Shown here in pieces: positions 22,379 to 33,500 of a stretch of 53,405 nucleotides of DNA. The notes under the pieces are model-generated. The model saw nothing but the letters and a program-made list of their open reading frames with translations. It was not told the DNA's origin and did not search any database. Source of the stretch: Trichomonas gallinae (lineage: Eukaryota); the NCBI GenBank assembly GCA_008369845.1, contig MRSU01007699.1, positions 1 through 53,405 of the forward strand. Direction: 5' to 3'. The translations under genes were made by a program, and so were the position numbers. Positions within the stretch are counted from its first letter, which is position 1; each line of letters opens with the position of its first letter.

Positions 22379-25339
22379 ATGGGCGGTGGAATTCAACTTA
22401 TCTCGTCGCCGTACGACGCCTATCAGATAAATTCAACCACACAGACATGTAACCAGAGTTTTGGCTGGTTCTATATACACATATTAACGAATTTGACGGA
22501 TTTTGCACCAAAATTTGGTTATTCTACCGACGCAATATTTAAAGTTTCGAATATGGTGTATCCAGACATCTATTACTCCTACTTAAATGAAATAGAATAT
22601 AACAGAATCAAAAATATTGATGGTGTCAAAACATGGTGCAAGACAAAAAACATATCTAAGCGTATATTATCATTAGAAGGTGAAAACTACCTCGTCACTG
22701 CATGTGCAAATTGGAATCTTTCATTAAAATATCAGTCTTTAACAGATAATCTCTTCGTAGTCAACAATTTAACAGATACTCGTGTTTTAGATAGAGACCC
22801 ATGTGTTAGTTCATACAAAATCGCACCGAAATTTCAACTCAATAACAGATATTCAGTGGGCTACATTTTAAGTGACGAAAATTACTTGAGATATAATGAT
22901 ATGGGCGAATATATAGTAAATAGAGAGCTCCACGATAAAGGTTTAAATGGCCTGGGCCAAATTATAACAATTGGTGATACGGGTGTGGATTATAATCACG
23001 AATTTTTCCGTGATCCCACACAGAATATTCTACAGAGTGTCAATAAAACAAACCTCAAGCATCGCAAAATCATTCGTATTGAAGCTTACAGTGATTATTA
23101 CGATTACGCCAACGGACACGGCACACATGTCGCCGGATCTGCATTAGGGGAGGCCTACACCAACGATAGCTATATATCGCAGTATAACGGAATTGCACCG
23201 AAAGCTAAATTATATATGATCGATATGGGATATGCTAACATTACAAGCGATTTGAGCGCAACACCGAATTATAGGGATGTTGTAGCCAACATGAGAGCAA
23301 TGGATTCTGGAATATACTCAAACAGCTGGAATTTCAATGAATATTCTTACGAATATACAAGTATGTTCGATGAACTCGCATATAACAACTCCGATATATT
23401 ATTTGTCTTTTCCGCAGGCAACGTTTACGGGCCGATGACTGTCGTTTCACCTGGCGATTCTAAAAACGCGCTTACAGTCGGCATGACCGCTAAACCGAGC
23501 TCATTCCACTTCGAATATCCACTGTATAGAGCCTATAAGTTCACTGGAGACACATCAGACAAGATTCCGCTGATCGGTACTCCAAATTACAGTGCTCCTT
23601 ACTTCCCTATGACTCCGAAACTGAAGACATACAAAAATGTGCCACTCACTTTCGATGCGCCTAAAGAGGGTTCAGCCTATTTTACGACTGGAGACCCCTG
23701 CACTGAAATTAAAAAGGCAATTGAAGCGAAAGCCTCCATTTTCATCTACACGGGAGATTCATGTGTACTAGATGCACCTATTAATTTAGTTTGCGCAAGG
23801 ATTGACCAAAAATTGGCCCCAATTATTCAATCTTGGACAAAAGTCAGCATAGAAGCTGATTTATTGGTTGGATATGATATCTATGCTCATCCTTATTCAT
23901 CGCAGGGCCCATGTTTCAATGGAGTAACGAAGCCAGACCTTTCTGGTCCAGGATATAATCTTATTTCAGCAAAAGCACGCGCAACAGGCGATAGTATGGA
24001 TGCTTTATCAGAGAAAACAGGTACATCTATGGCTTGCCCACTCATTTCAGGCTCAGCTGCCCTTGTTCGCCAATGGTTTATGAATGGAAATTATAGAGGA
24101 ATCACAAAACCAAGTTCCAGCCTCATCAGAGCAGTTCTCATCAACTCAGCAATCCAAATCTACCAAGGATTCTTCCGTACGCCAGCTTCTGGATATGGCG
24201 TCCCTTATATTTCACGAGGACTTGGCATGAAAGAGCTTAAACACTTCTTCCTTGATAGAGTTCCGCTGAAGTCAGGCCAGTTCCACACATATAGAATCAT
24301 GACAACGAGAAAAACAAATCTTTCGATAACAATGAGCTACGTTGATAGGGCAACACACTCCAATTATGTATTATTCGCTGATTTCGGTATTATTCTCGAG
24401 AAACCAGACGGAGAATTCGTTGTTTCGAACAATCATACTGATATTGCAGACGAAAGCCTCAGTACGAACGAGAGAATTCTCGTAATGGATGCTGATATTG
24501 GTGTCTACAAGCTCTACGTGTATGCAAATAAATACGGAGATAATTACGTCGAAAGTTATTCTCTTGCGATTTTGGGTGGACTTTCTTCATCATCTGTTAA
24601 ACTTATCGACAATGAACAGAGTTTATCCACATGTTCATCTAATATATATGACGAAAACGGCCGCTGCCAGTGCGTTGAAGGCACAAGAGGCTTCATATGT
24701 AGAGAGAAAGTTGAAACACTCCCATACAATGTTTCTGCTACAAAAATCATCCAGCCTTTGCAGTATTCATGGTTCTCTTTCACAACAGCTGCAAAGACAG
24801 ACTATTCAGTATATATCAGTGATTTATCTCACAACTATTTCCACGCTTGTTTGTGTCCGACGACTGACTTGAACACAGGCTGCTACTGCAGGATGTCTAT
24901 CTTCGAAGCAAGGCTCGGCAAGTTCTTTACTGAGAATGAGACGCACTCATATATCGCTGTTGCTCCAATCTCACAGAACCCATCGTTAACCAGGTTCTAC
25001 ATCGGTAAAGACATGGACAACACGCCAGCATCTCATGTTACTTTGTTGCCGGGACCAACAACAGTTCAGCCTGTTTCGTTGATCACTTCAAAGAGCACAA
25101 ACTCAGGTACTACTACCATTATATTAATATCGTCAGCATTTTGCGCGTTACTTGTCATTGTTTGCATTGTGATAGTCATCGCAGTGTCGAGGAAGAGAAG
25201 ACAAAGAGTCGAGGACAAAGACCACACTGATGAAGATGAGCAATATGAGTACGAAGAAGAAGATTACGAGCACTCTGAGCACGAGGAAGACTACTCATCA
25301 TCGCAAAGCGTATCCATCGATGTCTCCAAATCAACATAG
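22379..25339 (+). CDS. Membrane-anchored subtilisin-like serine peptidase (clan SB, family S8)
   Basis: Catalytic triad motifs IGDTGVD, HGTHVAG and GTSMACP, with the oxyanion motif SAGN. Also an EGF-like Cys cluster (CQCVEGTRGFIC), a C-terminal TM helix followed by RKRR, and an acidic tail. The first in-frame ATG is 22379. Confidence 0.93.
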   Translation: MGGGIQLISSPYDAYQINSTTQTCNQSFGWFYIHILTNLTDFAPKFGYSTDAIFKVSNMVYPDIYYSYLNEIEYNRIKNIDGVKTWCKTKNISKRILSLEGENYLVTACANWNLSLKYQSLTDNLFVVNNLTDTRVLDRDPCVSSYKIAPKFQLNNRYSVGYILSDENYLRYNDMGEYIVNRELHDKGLNGLGQIITIGDTGVDYNHEFFRDPTQNILQSVNKTNLKHRKIIRIEAYSDYYDYANGHGTHVAGSALGEAYTNDSYISQYNGIAPKAKLYMIDMGYANITSDLSATPNYRDVVANMRAMDSGIYSNSWNFNEYSYEYTSMFDELAYNNSDILFVFSAGNVYGPMTVVSPGDSKNALTVGMTAKPSSFHFEYPLYRAYKFTGDTSDKIPLIGTPNYSAPYFPMTPKLKTYKNVPLTFDAPKEGSAYFTTGDPCTEIKKAIEAKASIFIYTGDSCVLDAPINLVCARIDQKLAPIIQSWTKVSIEADLLVGYDIYAHPYSSQGPCFNGVTKPDLSGPGYNLISAKARATGDSMDALSEKTGTSMACPLISGSAALVRQWFMNGNYRGITKPSSSLIRAVLINSAIQIYQGFFRTPASGYGVPYISRGLGMKELKHFFLDRVPLKSGQFHTYRIMTTRKTNLSITMSYVDRATHSNYVLFADFGIILEKPDGEFVVSNNHTDIADESLSTNERILVMDADIGVYKLYVYANKYGDNYVESYSLAILGGLSSSSVKLIDNEQSLSTCSSNIYDENGRCQCVEGTRGFICREKVETLPYNVSATKIIQPLQYSWFSFTTAAKTDYSVYISDLSHNYFHACLCPTTDLNTGCYCRMSIFEARLGKFFTENETHSYIAVAPISQNPSLTRFYIGKDMDNTPASHVTLLPGPTTVQPVSLITSKSTNSGTTTIILISSAFCALLVIVCIVIVIAVSRKRRQRVEDKDHTDEDEQYEYEEEDYEHSEHEEDYSSSQSVSIDVSKST

Positions 25340-25789
25340 AAATTATAATATATTATTTTTGTTTGTATAATAGCTAAATATGTTTTATGTATTTAGGAAA
25401 AATTCACATTTTTTTTTTCAAAAAACTTTATTAATATTTGCTATACTAAATTAGCACTACTAAATCAAAATTTATAATAAATTCCAAAAGAGCCGTCATC
25501 ATTTGTAAAATAAACAAATTTCAAAACTTCGAACTTTCCTTATAACCAGCTGGATTTTAATCTCTTATCCAATTCCTTCCACAAGTTTTCATATTTTCTA
25601 AATATAGGATTATTGTCACTCTGTATAATGAAGGCCGTTTTAATTTATTTTTGATGATTTGTTCTGTGATAGATTGCGAGTTATATGCAGATGGTTGGAT
25701 TACAAATCTATAAAGATAGTTTACAATAAATGAAAAACAAAGAGTTTCTCATGAAACAGTTAAACAAAAATATAACAAAAATGTTTGAA

Positions 25790-28783
25790 TTAGTCTTGGT
25801 TAATCAAGCTTTGTTTCAAATAAGGGTTGGATGCTGCAACAGCATGTTGATCCATCATGTAAGGATGCTCAGTGCCGTCATCCTGTGGATTCTCTCCGTC
25901 GAGGTCATCCAGTGAGTCGCTGTGGTGCTGGTTGTCTACTGCATTGATTGGATCTGGCCTTGGTGGCGCAAGATTGCCGTTGAGTGGAGTCTGTCCCTGG
26001 TCACCGTTGAGCTCTCTGTCGATCCTCCTCCTCACGTAGTGCATGACACCGCAGTAGATCAGCATGATTATGACAATCGTTATGAATATTATCAGCAAAA
26101 TCGTTGACAGCATCAGAACGAAGCTTTTGTCGTCCTTCTCAAGTGGAGCATAAGAGTTGTACAAAATCGCTGGTCCTTGCGGCGGAAGAATTGTCGCTGT
26201 GAAGTTCAGCAGTATGTCATCACTGTACATATCTGAATATCCATTTATTATCCATTTCTCGCTATTCTGGCTTTGAATCGATGAAATGAACATAACTGAT
26301 TTGACCATATCTAAGTCTCCACTTCTTTTCACTGCCGTGAACATCTGCACGCGATCTTTAGTTGGTGTGAAAGCCATTATATAGTCTGGCCCCGATAGCT
26401 TTGTGTCGATTTCTAACTGTGTGAAGTATGGCGACAGGAAGAAATAGCAGATGTTTTGGTTAGGCTTCATTGTGATGTTTCTGCTTCCGTCTTTGTCAAT
26501 TGATTCCTTCGACGCGAAGAACCTGTAGTAATAAACATTGGACAAAGCCAGTCTGTTGCACATAACGTTGTTAATGTTTTTGTTGTAGGCAACAGTGAAA
26601 TAAACAATATTCGACGGACAAGAAATTGAAACTCTGCCGCTAGATGGTAAATAGACACCATATGTATTATTAGCAGGCGAGAATGTTCCAATCATTTCAT
26701 TTGTTGCTCCTAGATAAGCTCCAGCGCTGTAGTTCTTGTTGTGGACAACGCAAAACATGTTTTTGCCGCGTAAGTCAATCATAATCGGTAGAGAATTCGA
26801 ATAAACTTTGACGTCGCTGAATGTATTGACTGTCAATGAAATTAAACTCTCTTTGTATCTTTCGCTTGCTGTTATTTCTCTTGCTTTACCATTTGTGCGT
26901 AAAGTCATATCATATTGGAAAGAATCTGTAGTATTTTGATCGAATTCAACTTTGACGAATTTTGCTTCTGTTTGGAATGAAGTATGCAGCGCGAAAGCGA
27001 AGAAGTTGGTTGATACAGTCAGTGAGTCGCTGTAAGAATATGTTCTAGAGCCTTGTGAGAGAATATATAAATAATCCATTTCCCATCCAATATTAAACGA
27101 TGCTTGGATAGTTCTGACATCCATTGATGAGTATATATACAGAATCTTTTCTTGGCTTCCAATAATAAGCTCCTCAAAACTGGAATACAAAGGATTTATC
27201 AAATTATAAGCTTCTCCTTTAGTTGTGATGTGAATCTTAGAATATGTGTTAGGAAAAATCGTTACAAGTACATTAAATGTTTCATCTGGCGAAGTTTGGT
27301 TGCAAATGATCTGACCAGTTTTTGTTCCGAAGTCAAACAAGCCTGTGAACTTGATACTTTCGCCATCGACGATAGCAGTCTTCGTTACATAAGTGTCATC
27401 GTGGATAAGAGCAGCCATTGGTGATTTTATGTTAATTATGAAATTCTGGCCTATCTTGAGCTCAAGAATTCTCTGACTAATGCTAGTTGCACTGATAACA
27501 AGTGGATGATTACTATCTCTCAAGTCACCAGCCATCAAAAGGAATGGTTTAAGTGTATCTGCGAATCTGCACCAAAAATTCGATGTTTGAGAGGTAGATT
27601 GAAGTCTTATGCTAACTTCTTTGGCCATAGATGTCTTGTAGTGCATAAGAATTGAGTTTATCTGATTAAATTTAAGAGTTTCAACAGTTTGCGTAGAATT
27701 TCTTCCGACATAGACATCAAATGAAACATTCACTGGTCCTTCAATGTTTATAGGCTCTTTTGTGGATACGAATATGCACATATCATAGGTAGTTTTATTA
27801 ATTTTAATTAAATTATTCGTAAAATCTGAATAGAGGAGAACACTCTCACACTCAATGTCATTGTGAACGATAGCTGAGAACGAAATATATTCGTGTCCGG
27901 CGTTTCTTACAATAATTCTGCCATATTCAGGACCAAATGCAAAAGCAGGTTTCTCTGCAGAAATATAACCATATGATTGGGACTGAGAGAGGATTTCTAT
28001 TGTGCCTGGGAACGTGTGGAAGTGAATAACTGTGTAAGTTGGGCAATAAATTAAAACTTTTTCGTAATTTAACATTGTTGATATGAAATCGTATACTCCT
28101 GATACCAGGTTGATGACATGAAGTCTATTTTCAACGAAAACTGATGAGAAATAAATAAAATCTGTTCTATAAGAAATTGCATCAGTTATTGTCGTAGAAG
28201 CAAGTGGTTTGATGCTAACTGAGAAAGTAGAATCTGGTTCTGTAACCATAATAAGCTTTAATTGATTCGTGTCGATTATTTTATCGATTTGTTCGGTTGT
28301 TCCTGTAATTTCGTAGTTCTGTACGTTAGGAGATGTAAAAATGAAGCAAATGTTGTTGTTATTGAAGATCGTAAAGTTAGAATAAGACCTCTGAACATTT
28401 TTATCAATTTCAAAAGTGTCTGTTGATATTGTCGATAGTACAAACAGCTTGCATCTGAGCATCTTTTGGTTATTATCAGGAATAATCAACGAAAAATGAA
28501 TTTTTGGGAGATCGCCTGATTTTTTGATAAAAATCGTGCCCGTTTTATTCGTTAATGTAACGAAAGTCTGTGTTTTGGCATTGTATGTTCCTAAAAATAC
28601 TTGATTTGAATCGAATAAATCGACAGAATAAGTTGTGACATTATCGTGAATTATAAAAGTTGTGTTGGAGTATTTTAGAGGAACCTCGAGAACTTCAGTC
28701 TGCGACATGTCATATTCATAGTAACCTGACTTAGTGTATGAAAATGTTGTAGAAAGAAGTTGTAAAGCGAGGAAATTTCTCAT
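25790..28783 (-). CDS. Type I surface membrane protein with repeated beta-rich extracellular modules
   Basis: Signal-like MRNFLALQLLSTTFS from ATG 28783, with Inr TCATT at 28792-28796 on the minus strand. The C-terminal TM (FVLMLSTILLIIFITIVIIMLIY) is followed by RRR and a cytosolic tail. Confidence 0.8.
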   Translation of the reverse strand: MRNFLALQLLSTTFSYTKSGYYEYDMSQTEVLEVPLKYSNTTFIIHDNVTTYSVDLFDSNQVFLGTYNAKTQTFVTLTNKTGTIFIKKSGDLPKIHFSLIIPDNNQKMLRCKLFVLSTISTDTFEIDKNVQRSYSNFTIFNNNNICFIFTSPNVQNYEITGTTEQIDKIIDTNQLKLIMVTEPDSTFSVSIKPLASTTITDAISYRTDFIYFSSVFVENRLHVINLVSGVYDFISTMLNYEKVLIYCPTYTVIHFHTFPGTIEILSQSQSYGYISAEKPAFAFGPEYGRIIVRNAGHEYISFSAIVHNDIECESVLLYSDFTNNLIKINKTTYDMCIFVSTKEPINIEGPVNVSFDVYVGRNSTQTVETLKFNQINSILMHYKTSMAKEVSIRLQSTSQTSNFWCRFADTLKPFLLMAGDLRDSNHPLVISATSISQRILELKIGQNFIINIKSPMAALIHDDTYVTKTAIVDGESIKFTGLFDFGTKTGQIICNQTSPDETFNVLVTIFPNTYSKIHITTKGEAYNLINPLYSSFEELIIGSQEKILYIYSSMDVRTIQASFNIGWEMDYLYILSQGSRTYSYSDSLTVSTNFFAFALHTSFQTEAKFVKVEFDQNTTDSFQYDMTLRTNGKAREITASERYKESLISLTVNTFSDVKVYSNSLPIMIDLRGKNMFCVVHNKNYSAGAYLGATNEMIGTFSPANNTYGVYLPSSGRVSISCPSNIVYFTVAYNKNINNVMCNRLALSNVYYYRFFASKESIDKDGSRNITMKPNQNICYFFLSPYFTQLEIDTKLSGPDYIMAFTPTKDRVQMFTAVKRSGDLDMVKSVMFISSIQSQNSEKWIINGYSDMYSDDILLNFTATILPPQGPAILYNSYAPLEKDDKSFVLMLSTILLIIFITIVIIMLIYCGVMHYVRRRIDRELNGDQGQTPLNGNLAPPRPDPINAVDNQHHSDSLDDLDGENPQDDGTEHPYMMDQHAVAASNPYLKQSLINQD

Positions 28784-28887
28784 GAGAAAAAAATGATCGA
28801 GAAAATTTTTAAATTTTTTGCGGAAAACATTCATATATGCATTTAATATCTATTCTCTCAAAAATCTGTTGGAAAGCTGTAAACATT

Positions 28888-28981
28888 TTACATGACATAA
28901 ATCTTCATTTACACGTCACAATTATCAATTACATGCCAAAATGAATCTTTACATGACATATTGTAAATATTTGACATGTAA
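28888..28981 (+). repeat. TTACA(T/C)G(A/T/C)CA array upstream of the surface-protein gene
   Basis: Copies at 28888, 28909, 28929 and 28949 (spacing 21/20/20), plus an inverted copy at 28971-28981. Confidence 0.75.
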
Positions 28982-29859
28982 AATTGATTTACTTATCAAA
29001 AAATCCGTCAAGTCAAAATGAAAAATTGTTATATTTATCTTCTATTATAGGATTCTAAGATTTCTAATTTTAATTGAAAAGTACCGGTGATTTATAAACT
29101 ATTCAAAAATTGAAAGAATTACTCTTGTTGACAAAGTTTTTTAGATTGTTGAGTTGGTGGGATTCTCTATGCTTAATAACATGTTTTAATGGTGATACTT
29201 CAGTTGTGCATAAATCAGCCACTTTACAACTGGTCACTGCAAACCATTAAATAAACAGGGGATGATTAATACTCGTGAACTGGAAATTAACTCCAGCAAG
29301 TGTACTAGAAATCTAATATGCAAACCAATAAACGTATTATGTACCCTTGAAGCTAATCAGCTGATCGAACAAATTTGTCAATCTGACATTGTAAATTATC
29401 AATTGTCAGATCTAATGATTTTGGCAAAATATTTGAAACTGTGCTTAGAATGTTAAATCAGATTAAGTGTAACTAATCAATATTCAATCCATTCCATAGT
29501 GAATCTATATTAGAAATATCATTGTGTTATAAAATAAATTCGAGATTAAATTCAAATAAGTCATAGATAATCAAGATGTTTGCTATCTTTTTTTTCCAAT
29601 CTATTCTATAGTTGTATTATATTATAAATATCATTGTGTTATGACTTATTTTTTATACTATGATATGAAGTCTAGTGAAGAATCGAAATTTTCGTGAAAA
29701 TAGCAACTATCTAAACGATAATACATATCCAAACTAAATCATATGTTACTACTCATTGTTAAGATTATAGTCCATCAGCTAAAAATCAATAATATATAGT
29801 ACCAAAAAAGTTAGCAAAATGTTAGATTATGAAAAATCTGACAAGTAAATCATAATAAA

Positions 29860-30342
29860 ATGATCAGGACTTCATTAGAACCAGACCAGACAACTGTTAA
29901 ATCCCTCGCATCTTACTTAATTCCAATTACTCCGGAAGAAGTTTTGTACAGAGAGTCAGGAGAGAGCCCTGTTTATGAAGCTGTTCGCGATTTTGCAACC
30001 ATTTCTACAGGAATGTTCGTTCTCGGATCAGGATATGCAGCACTCAAGAATCTACCAGTTTTTAACAAAGGTGCTCCATTTTCTACAAAGAAAACTCTAA
30101 AAGAAGGTTTACAAATTGGACTTGAATTGGGAGCTCAAGCAGCATTGACAAATTTGTGCGAATCATCGCTTGCTATATACAGAGGACAACAGAGATTCTA
30201 CGACCCAATCATCGCAGGAGCAGCTGTAGGTGCAACATTAAATTGCTATAAAGGATTTAAAGAAATGGGAATTGGGGCTTGCAAAGGTGCAGGACTTGCT
30301 ATCTTCCTCGTTACTGCTGAAGCTGTTTCAGATCGTTTTTAA
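29860..30342 (+). CDS. Tim17/Tim22/Tim23 family protein (probably hydrogenosomal inner membrane)
   Basis: 160 aa with Gly/Ala-rich helices and a PRAT-like segment, GAQAALTNLCESSLAIYRGQQRFYDPIIAGAAVGA. Inr TCATA at 29850-29854. Confidence 0.75.
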   Translation: MIRTSLEPDQTTVKSLASYLIPITPEEVLYRESGESPVYEAVRDFATISTGMFVLGSGYAALKNLPVFNKGAPFSTKKTLKEGLQIGLELGAQAALTNLCESSLAIYRGQQRFYDPIIAGAAVGATLNCYKGFKEMGIGACKGAGLAIFLVTAEAVSDRF

Positions 30343-30439
30343 TTTATCAAATTTAATATAAACCATAGAGATGTTTGTTTATTAACAAATTATTGTTATA
30401 TATGTATAGAAGCCATATATTAAATAATATGAAAAACTA

Positions 30440-30570
30440 AATATTCCCCTGTTTTAATTTTCATGACCCTTTATTATTTAAATTGAATTATAATCCCCTT
30501 TTTAAATTTTCAAGCCCCTTGTTTTCCGTATTCAAATTATATCCCCTTTATAATTTTTCATAGCCCTAAA
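30440..30570 (+). repeat. Three ~48-bp tandem units, each with two C-tracts (CCC(C)T), directly upstream of ATG 30578
   Basis: C-tracts at 30446/30467, 30495/30515 and 30543/30564. The unit is approximately ATxCCCCTTTxxAATTTTCAxxxCCCT and includes CCTTT (M5-like) sites. Confidence 0.75.
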
Positions 30571-30577
30571 TAAAAAA

Positions 30578-33500
30578 ATGAAGATTAACATTTCTGCTCC
30601 ATATAACCAAGTTTTGTATGTTTCAACAGACAACTACACTACAGTATATGGAGTGAAGGTGGCAATATCAAATATTTTGCGAATTGCTATTCAAAATCTT
30701 CATATTTTTAAGGGAAGTACTGAATTGAAAGATTTTCAAGTATGCTCAGCTTGTTTTCCAGATAAAAATGCAATAGTTAGTTGCCAAGTCATTGAATCTG
30801 AGTCGAAATTCAAATCAATAAATACTCAACTTCCAGAAAAATCGTATATATCATTCTTAAAGAATCTAGGATTCCCTGAAAATCAAATAGATGTTGCTTT
30901 GCTCTACGCAAATAACAATATACAGCATGCATTAGAATTATTAATCAACAGAGCAAATGTAATCATCGAAAAAACTACACATGAAGAAAATCCAAGCTAT
31001 GAAAATGAAACCATACTCTCAAATTTCGAAATAAAACAGAAAGAAATTGAAGATAAATTTAATTTTGCCAATTCCAACTTTTCAGTTATTCAATCAATAG
31101 AATCATTATCTGTACCGGTTGATTCATCACTCAATCAACAGCTAATTGATGCTTATGCATCTAATCAAAATTCGAGAAAAGTTTGGAACGATTTACGCGA
31201 ACAATTTCCACAGCTTTCTGATATATCAATAAAAAGGTCAATATTTTCGATGCTAGATGATATCAAACACCAAAGAGAAGTAAATTTTAAAATTCCGGAA
31301 ACTCTTCTGAAAGATCCTATGTTCATGAGAGGTCAAACATCGAATACAAGTGAAATAATTATACCACATCCGCCTAAAGAAGTCATAAATATCGTCGAAT
31401 TAACAGAAAATTTTATAAAATCACATAGAAATATTAAAGATTTACAGCAAAATTCATTTCAAAATTGCTCACAAAGCTATTTAGCATATATTCTTTACAT
31501 TATTGCACGAAAATTAATGAAATTAAAAGTAGATGAAGATTGGGATTTCTCAGAAATTAGACTATTAACAGAAATAATGTACCCACACCTCAAAAATAGC
31601 TTCAATGCGACAAATATTCATAAAGCTTTATCAAGATCACGGTCAGATGAAAATATTAATAATGAAAAGATTTTAATTAAGTTTATTTTACTTTCATCAC
31701 CTGTATATTCATTAATTCCACAAATTATAACAGTGCCACTAGAAATTAAAGATCCATCTTATCTAGATAATGGAATTCCTACATATCTTGATGAATTACT
31801 TGAGAAATTATCGAATAATGAAAAAATTATAGCTGTTATAGAAAATATGAACCAATTCCCACCACATCAGCCAATAGAACCTAATTTAACAGAAAATATT
31901 AATACAAATAACGTAGCAAACCATGCAGAAACGAATCAACAACTTACAAATACTCATCAGCGTGCACAATCACAGCCAGTACCTCCAAAAACAGCTACTC
32001 AGCCTGCACCAGCTGCAAATCCGCCACAACCTTCTACAAGACAGCAAAGTGAGCCAATTACAGAGCCACAGAAGCAGCCAGAGACACAAAATTCTCCAGA
32101 AGCCCCTCCTCCGCCAAAGAGAGGAAGACCAGGCAGGCCAAAAATCGAGTGGTTAAAAGAAGAAGACCAGATATTGATAGATGTAGTATGTGCAAACAAC
32201 GACAGATCAGCCTACAACATGGCTTCATCGATGTTGCCGAGAAGGAAGCCTCACGCCTGTATCAGCAGGTTCAAAGAACTGACCGAAAAAATAATCAACA
32301 ACGAAATCAACTATTTGCGAATTCCAGACAATTTCTTAACCTGCCCCAATGTAATGACAGCAACTGGACGACACGACAAGACTCAAAGCGAGCCTGTTAA
32401 CACTAATAATAATAATTCCAAACCACGAGAATTAATCAAAGGAGAATTCACTGATCAGCAACTTATAGATATTATCGCGCAAACAATGACGAATAATGAA
32501 CCAGACTTAGATGCTGCAGCTGCTTTGTTCGAGAGCCTCACTCCTTACCATTTATTATCTAAATGGGATGAGGTCTGTTTTGACATAAAATGCAATGGAA
32601 GAAAAGATCTAAAAATACCAGAAAAACTTCAAAATTACCTAAAACCGTTTGACGGAGAATATAAATACGAATTTCTCAAACTACCAGATGAGCCTATTAA
32701 TGTATCAAGGCTCCTCGAGCAGTACATCATGAACAACTATGATCTAAACAAGACACACGACAGCTTCTCCGAATATTCAATCGGTTATATTGCTTATATT
32801 ATTGTTTACATGCTGAACAAATACAACAAAAGATATAAACCAGAACCAACGTTTAAAGACTGGAGGCCAATAGAAGACAGGATTCTTTTAGAAATGATGT
32901 ACAACGATGAGCCACTCAAAGACTATTCAAGGTACAACCCGTCTAAAACACAAAGACACATAGCAAACAGAAAATTATATATTTCCAGACTTTTATCGTC
33001 GAAAGTTTACAATTTGACAAATATTTTGCAGGCGTCAAAAGTTTTCAACATGGAAGATTCACAGCTAAATGAAGATTTTGTGCCCAAATATCTGCCTAAC
33101 TTAGTCAAGGCAGCTAAAAACAATCACGTGATTGACGCAACGAAAGCAAATGATCCGCAGAATTTTGCTCTTAAAACAATATACACGAAACAAGATAATC
33201 AACTCATTATTAACAAAGTCGCCGAGAATATCAATGATCCCAACAAGTTCAACCTGATTGCTATATATTTCCCGGGAAGAAACGCGAGGGAATTGATTCA
33301 GCATTACAAATATCTACTCGAAGAATATAGGAAAGGAAATTTGAATGATTTAGTTATACCTGATTGTCTTAAGAACGAATTTGTTCCTGCTCAACGTTCT
33401 CCACCAAGACCAGCACCACCTCCTCCAGCACCTTCTCCACCTTCTCCATTTAATACTCAAATGCAAATTAATTTTAATGACGATAGGCTCGAATATCGTA

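Noticed and set aside
29262..29456. 64-aa ORF in the intergenic region
   Set aside because: No recognisable motif or codon bias. The region instead holds TGACA-type inverted motifs (29381-29411).
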